From the NCBI GenBank assembly GCA_033442325.1, contig JAWQFM010000011.1, positions 717,957-781,956 on the forward strand: a stretch of DNA of 64,000 nt, given 5' to 3'. The first letter of the stretch is position 1, and each line of letters begins with the position of its first letter. A program made the translations under genes and the position numbers. The notes under the pieces were generated by a model that saw only the letters and a program-made list of their open reading frames with translations, was not told the DNA's origin and searched no databases. This document shows positions 57,895 to 64,000 of the stretch, piece by piece. Source of the stretch: Salpingoeca rosetta (taxonomy: Eukaryota > Protista > Choanoflagellata).

Positions 57895-58257
57895 TTAAGA
57901 AATTGAGAAAGTCAATCTTTATGAATTTCACAAGCGCTGTTGATTGCTCACGCCGCAGCCTGACAAATTTTTGTGTTTCATGTGTCTCATCATGTCACAT
58001 CTCACATCATGTCATGTCACCACAACAACACAGCGGTTTGCACTGAGCAGGCACAACAACAACAACAACAACAGGAGAGGAATCTAGGAATGCAACCACC
58101 CTCGCAGGGCCACGAAAATGCACGTCTCGCCATGAAGTGCAGCCTCTTGACCAGTTGACGGGCTGGCTCCATTCCTTGATTGTGTTTGTGCTGACAACAG
58201 AACTGCACGACAACACCGACCTTGAGCCTTTGAGTCGACGCCCTCAAGTGCCGAGCG

Positions 58258-59464
58258 ATGTCAACCGCACAAGCCAGTACGCCAAAGCACAAGGATTCTA
58301 AGGATTGGAGCATGTCACAGCAGCTGCTCCTTCTTGGTCTCCGTGAGATTCAAGCCGATGGTGAAGCCAATGGTTTTGGCAACAAGGCCAACAGCGACGA
58401 CGCCTCCATGCGACAGCGGGTGCTGAACATGCTGCAGGGCCAACGCACAGAGACTCAGACTCAGATTCACGTCGGACAAAATGACGACGACAACCACGAT
58501 GAAGATGGTGATGATAACGTCGAGGAGGAAGAGGAGGAGGAGGAGGAGGAGAATGAGTGCGATGGTCAGTACGATGATGAGGATGAGGAGGAGGAGTACG
58601 ATGACTACCCTGATGAGGATGAGGAGGAGGAGGAGGAGGACTACCCTGATGAGGATGGGGAGGAGGAGTACGATGACTACCCTGATGAGGATGAGGAGGA
58701 GGAGGAGGAGGAGTACGATGACTACCCTGATGAGGATGAGGAGGAGGAGGAGTACCATGACTACGATGATGAGGATGAGGAGGAGGAGTACAATGACTAC
58801 CCTGATGGGATGGGGAGGAGGAGTACGATGACTACCCTGATGAGGAGTGGGGAGGAGGAGTACGATGACTACCCTCATGCTTTCCTTTACGAGTTGTGTC
58901 GGGTCGACCGTAGGCTCATGCCGTCCGAACCGAACCGCTTAGTGAACGAAACGGATAGTAACGACTCTAAGAGCGTCACCACGGTGCTCCTCGCCTAGGC
59001 TACCCAAGACTAGCTGTACACCCTGGGTCAAAACCCCGTCTGGGTCATCCTTGCGCTCAACAAGCGTTATATCGCCTCACTTACAGGATGACGCTATGTT
59101 CTGTGAACCAGATGGACAAATACCCACATATAAGTGGTTTTGATAGTCGTGCTTTCAACTCCTCTTTCGGAGAACCGAGCTAGGACGAGGAGGAGGAGGA
59201 GGACGGAAACGATTTCTGCCAGCCGCTGCTTTCACCAAGCGCAACACCCAGAAGGCGAAAGACAGTGGGTTTCGCCGAGCCACTTGATCGACCTTTCCAG
59301 GCAGATCCGGTTTTCAATTGAACCCCTGGACGTGCTTGCAACTCGGTTGCCAAACAACGTGTCCGCCACCAGCCATGAAAGGCTCGTGGTCAACCACGTC
59401 CTCAACCACCCATTACTGAACACCGACCACACTCTTCATCGGGTCCGTCACGGCTGTTCAGCCT

Positions 59465-59502
<38 letters not shown>

Positions 59503-60039
59503 CGTGTGCGTGTGCGTGTGCGTGTGCGTGTGCGTGTGCGTGTGCGTGTGTGGGTGTGCGTGTGCGTGTGTGGGTGTGCGTGTGTGAGTGTGCGTGTGTA
59601 CTGCATTGGCCTGGTTTCAAACCTGTTGTAGCACTCACATGCTGGCAACACTACGTTGTCACCACACAGGTCCTTCACAGACTGGAGAGTATACCCATGG
59701 CGATCATCGCGCTGCTCCGAAATGTCCCACCCTTCAGAGAACTGGCAGTGCGCGCAATCAAAGGCCAGATTGGCGCTTTGTCTTCAGCGCACAAGAAGCG
59801 CTTCTTATTGAGGTTTGCCATCAAAGATGAGGCCACAATCAGACACCTGCCCCATGGACAGTGGATCTACGCCGCAATTAGAAAGCAGGACCAAGCCGTG
59901 AAGATTGGCTTAACTGCACAGCCATATCGCAGACACGGGGAATATCGGTGTGTGTCCTCGTTTGTTGCTTGTATGTGTGTGTGTGTGTGTGTGCCCGCGC
60001 GTGTGTATGTGTGTACGTGTGTATGTGTATATATGTGCT

Positions 60040-60070
<31 letters not shown>

Positions 60071-60154
60071 CCTCGTTTGTTGCTTGTGTGTGTGTGCGTG
60101 TGTATGTGTGCGTGTGCGTGTGCGTGTGTGTGTGCGTGTGCGTGTGTGTGCGTG

Positions 60155-60186
<32 letters not shown>

Positions 60187-62186
60187 CGTGTGTGTGCATT
60201 TGAAGTGTGCGTGGAGTACGCAACGTAGAGCACTGATCCTTCCTTGCTGTCATCATCCACATCATGCTTTTCGCTTACGCAGGCGCATGACAGCGAGCGG
60301 TGTCCTCTACCCACTCTTCAAGCTGCCGGATGCATGTGCTGCCCCACACATGTCAGTTGCGTAGCAGTGTGATGCAGTGCGCGGTGGAACTGTTACCTGT
60401 GGTTATTCATCAATTCATTCTTCTGATTTCCTGACCTCCCTGCGCTGGTTTAGTGACACTTGTCTGTGCCGACGCATCGGCGTCGTCTGCGAGGCGTTGA
60501 CAACCCTGCTCATGTTTCATGGTTCAGCCCCGCTGGGCCACCAGACGAACGGGTACTCCTGCTCGTTTGGGGACGCATCATCGTTTTTCAAGGTCGATAG
60601 GAGCAAAGGTACACTGCATTCGCTGGCTACCCTGGTTGTCCCCCTGTTCTTGCAGGAGACCCTCTGCTCCCTTGCTTATGTGGCCAACCGTCGTCTCAAA
60701 CCAGAACTCCTTTACGTGTACCTCGTGTCGAACAGTGCAATCTTGGATGTTGCAGTTAACGCCAGAGGAGCTGAAACGTCAGCGGAAAAAGATGGCAGAC
60801 GGATACCGTGCTTGGAGGGAGCGCATCGGACAAGAAGCAGCGACTGAAGTGCATCGTCGTATTGGTCGGATGGGGGCGATGAAGGTGAAGGAAAACTTCA
60901 GACGAAAGGGCGGGGAGGAAGCACTTCATCAGCACCACGTTACTAGCGGCAGAAAAGGCGGCCTTGCCGCCGGTGCACGAAGGAGGGAACGTGAGCAGAA
61001 ACGCCTCGAGCAAGAGACACCGGAGCAGCGGGAACAGCGGGAACGTGAGCTGCAAGAGAAGAAGGAACAGCGTGAACAACGCCAGCGTGAGTTGCAAGAG
61101 AAGAGGGAACAGCGCGAACGCGAACGACAGGAGAAGAAGGAGCAGCGTGAACAACGCCAGCGTGAGTTGCAAGAGAAGAGGGAGCAGCGCGAACGCGAAC
61201 GACAGGCGAAGAAGGAGCAGCGCGAACGCGAACGACAGGAGAAGAAGGAGCAGCGCGAACGCGAACGCCAGCGTGAGTTGCAAGAGAAGAGGGAGCAGCG
61301 CGAACGCGAACGACAGGAGAAGAAGGAGCAGCGCGAACGCGAACGACAGGAGAAGAAGGAGCAGCGCGAACGCGAACGACAGGAGAAGAGGGAACAGCGC
61401 GAACGCGAACGACAGGAGAAGAAGGAGCAGCGCGAACGCGAACGCCAGCGTGAGTTGCAAGAGAAGAGGGAGCAGCGCGAACGCGAACGACAGGAGAAGA
61501 AGGAGCAGCGCGAACGCGAACGCCAGCGTGAGTTGCAAGAGAAAAGGGAACAGCGCGAACGCAAACGACAGGAGAAGAAGGAGCAGCGCGAACGCGAACG
61601 CCAGGAGAAGAAGGAGCAGCGCGAACGCGAACGCCAGGAGAAGAAGGAACAGCGTGAACAACGCCAGCGTGAGTTGCAAGAGAAGAGGGAGCAGCAACTG
61701 CGGAAGCGATGTGCACGAGCACGCGCGAAGCGTGAGAGACAGGAGGCTCGCGAACGATCAAAGCGGCACAAACAAGAAGAGCGGGAAAATCGACGTATTG
61801 AGTTGGTAGCCTTACGTCGGATACAGCGCCGAGTTCGCACCCAGGACGGAGACACAGGAACTGTTGTCTGGTTCACGCGCGCACGCGCAACTGTGTTGCT
61901 TGACACCGGCGAAGTCAAGGTACTCCTTTTGCCCAACTCTTCTGCACGCCGCCATGCTTCCACCACCACTCGTGAGTCCGTGGCGAACAACGCTCATCTC
62001 ACCAATCCCTTGTTCGCTGCGTATTGCATGATTACGATGGCAGGCCTTCCCCTTTTCCCAGTTGTTTCGTGGGACAATCGCTGTTGGTGCTTTGTATCCC
62101 ATCTTTGCTCCGCACGTCAACTTGCGCAATCCCATTTTCCCACCGCAGTACAACGTGCACCGAGTCCTCGAAGGACCGGACGCTGA
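58258..62186 (+). CDS. Possibly disrupted gene: acidic repeats + GIY-YIG/T5orf172-like domain + E/R/K/Q helical repeats + KOW/SH3-like end
   Basis: (EEEEYDDYPDED)n with frame slips; WIYAAIRKQDQAVKIGLTAQPYRRHGEYR at ~59861-59947; later CEAL and TNGY; (QEKKEQRERER)n; RVRTQDGDTGTVV. Boundaries uncertain. Confidence 0.5.
58876..59181. other. ~306 bp high-complexity island interrupting the acidic tandem repeat
   Basis: Repeat stops at ..GACTACCCT and resumes at AGGACGAGGAGG. Confidence 0.7.
61020..61700 (+). repeat. Coding minisatellite (~33-48 bp units) encoding an ERK-rich helix
   Basis: CAGGAGAAGAAGGAGCAGCGCGAACGCGAACGA repeats. Confidence 0.9.
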
Positions 62187-62397
62187 AGGATATTGGCAGT
62201 TGAGTGCATGAGCGAACGAGTGGCCATGCTTGCGTGTTCGTTCCCTTGCCTTCATGGTGTTGGGTAATTCAGCACTCAGGTTTCAAGCTTCCGCGTCCGC
62301 CTGTCACATACATACAACGTTGGTGGTCGTTTGTTCTTCTTTCGTTCCTTCTGCCACTCCTGCACTGCATTCCTCTCTTCAGCCTCCCTTCTCCTCT

Positions 62398-63310
62398 AAC
62401 GTGTCCCCTTGTAGCGCACTCTCTGCTGCATCTGTCAGCCAAGTTTCACATTCATACCTCCATTCTGACCACCCCTACCACCCGTTCTTTCACACAGTGT
62501 GCAGTGAACAACGAACTCACAGTTCTCCTTGTCTCTTCGATTCCCGGCGGGCGTATATCTTTTTTTTTCGCCCGGCATGGCTATGCCCAACGTGTCCCCT
62601 TGTAGCGCACTCTCTGCTGCATCTGTCAGCCAAGTTTCACATTCATACCTCCATTCTGACCACCCCTACCACCCATTCTTTCACACAGTGTGCAGTGAGA
62701 GTGAACAATGAACGCACAGACGCGGCGGGCGTATATTTTTTTTTGTTTTCGCCCGGCATGGAGGGCTATGCCCAACGTGTAGCCTTGTAGCGCACTCTCT
62801 GCTGCATCTAGGCATCTGTCAGCCGAGTCTCACCTTCATATCTCCATCCGAACCACCACTACGACTCGTACTCGTTGTTCAAAGAAGGAACGCTGCATTT
62901 CTCTCCTTCACTCTTCCACTGCCTCTTCTTCGCTTCGTCGCTTCTTCGCTTCTTGCTTCTTGCTCGCTTGCTTCTTGCTTGCGGGTTTTTTTTTGTGCTT
63001 GTTGTTGTTCACCGTTGGCCCTCTTGTCAACCCCCACTGACCTACTGACTGCTGCTGTGAACAACACACCACAGCACACCACAGCACACCAAGAGAAGAA
63101 GAGAGTCTAACGCTGTCTTCTTGGATTATCCACGCCTGCAGCACGCCAGCACGCAAGCACGCAAGCGCTTACTTCTCAAAAGCACACACACACACACTTC
63201 ACACACACACACACACATCACACACACACGCACACACATCACACACACACCTCACACACACACACCGCACACACACACACACCGCACACACACACACACA
63301 CACACACACA

Positions 63311-63347
<37 letters not shown>

Positions 63348-63562
63348 GTCGCTGGGAGACATGGCCAAGACCCGCGAGGTGCTGGTCGATTTGGGGGACG
63401 ACTCTGGTGGTGAAGACGGCAAGGACAATCACCGCACATTGGGGGTGGGGCTTGTCGGAGCAACAAACCTCGATATCGGCGACCAGCCCGGCGTCTACGT
63501 GTCGCGCGTGGACGACGACTGCACCGCGGCCTTGCACATCGGTGACCAGAGAGATCCTGTCA
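62398..63562 (+). repeat. Direct segmental duplicate of ~46971-48083 (tRNA-derived repeats, promoter and 5' part of the PDZ exon)
   Basis: Near-identical sequence including ATGTCGCTGGGAGACATGGCC..; identity ends at GATCCTGTCA. Confidence 0.93.
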
Positions 63563-63948
63563 AATCCCACAGCGCTGGCACACAACAGCACTTTGCCACC
63601 ACCACCACAACTGCTGCCCTCCGACGAGGCCGCCTCTACCTCTTTGATGATGCTTCTTCGGGTGCTCTCTTCCGTTCATTGTGCACCACGCAAATCACGC
63701 GTGCAGTCTTAACAACATGGTCTTCACATTCACATCAAATCAACTGCCTCGATTTCACCAAAAGAAGAAGGAAGGAAGCAAGCAGAAGCTCACAAACACC
63801 AGGAGGCCACACCCACATCGTTCCCACCACCGCCATGCTATCTCGAACGAGCAGCAGTGAGGGCGCCGCCTCGTCTGCCTCCGCGTCCTCCTCCTCTTCT
63901 TCATCACCGTCACCAGGCTTGCGGCCTAACATCACCGATACAGCCAAG
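63346..63948 (+). CDS. Truncated PDZ copy read through in frame into a Ser-rich probable first exon (ATG 63835); continues beyond the window
   Basis: Single open frame from 63346; ACCGCCATG context at 63835; GTGCGT donor near 63948. Confidence 0.4.
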
Positions 63949-64000
63949 TGCGTGCGTTTGAGAGAGACAAAGTGCGTCTGCGTGTGCATGCTGCAGTGAC

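Noticed and set aside
60756-61990. Long hydrophobic antisense ORFs
   Set aside because: Shadow frames of the ERK-rich coding repeat

Overview
Eukaryotic, intron-rich and microsatellite-saturated DNA, inferred from gene content and repeat style to be choanoflagellate, Salpingoeca rosetta-like. It has three assembly gaps. Housekeeping genes: MetAP1 (3' part), RPL13, PPP1R42/LRRC67, SERINC, HAL2/SAL1 nucleotidase, PDHA1 and an intronless HemF/CPOX. Two RNA genes are invisible to the ORF track: a U1 snRNA and an intron-containing tRNA-Gly(TCC), which also has a damaged paralog. The highlight is a ~10.8 kb spliced gene with full Dicer architecture (two extra N-terminal dsRBDs, helicase, DUF283, two RNase III domains, probable dsRBD) whose helicase and RNase III catalytic motifs are substituted while the frames stay open, i.e. 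a pseudoenzyme Dicer. It lies head-to-head with a PH-DUF4062-degenerate STAND-Zn gene. The right third is a dynamic region: tRNA-derived tandem repeats, a PDZ gene with a partial duplicate, an LRR-LDLa receptor tyrosine kinase and a GIY-YIG-like gene. Two ~310 bp alien-looking islands interrupt simple repeats. All gene models and domain calls were made by eye, without database searches.
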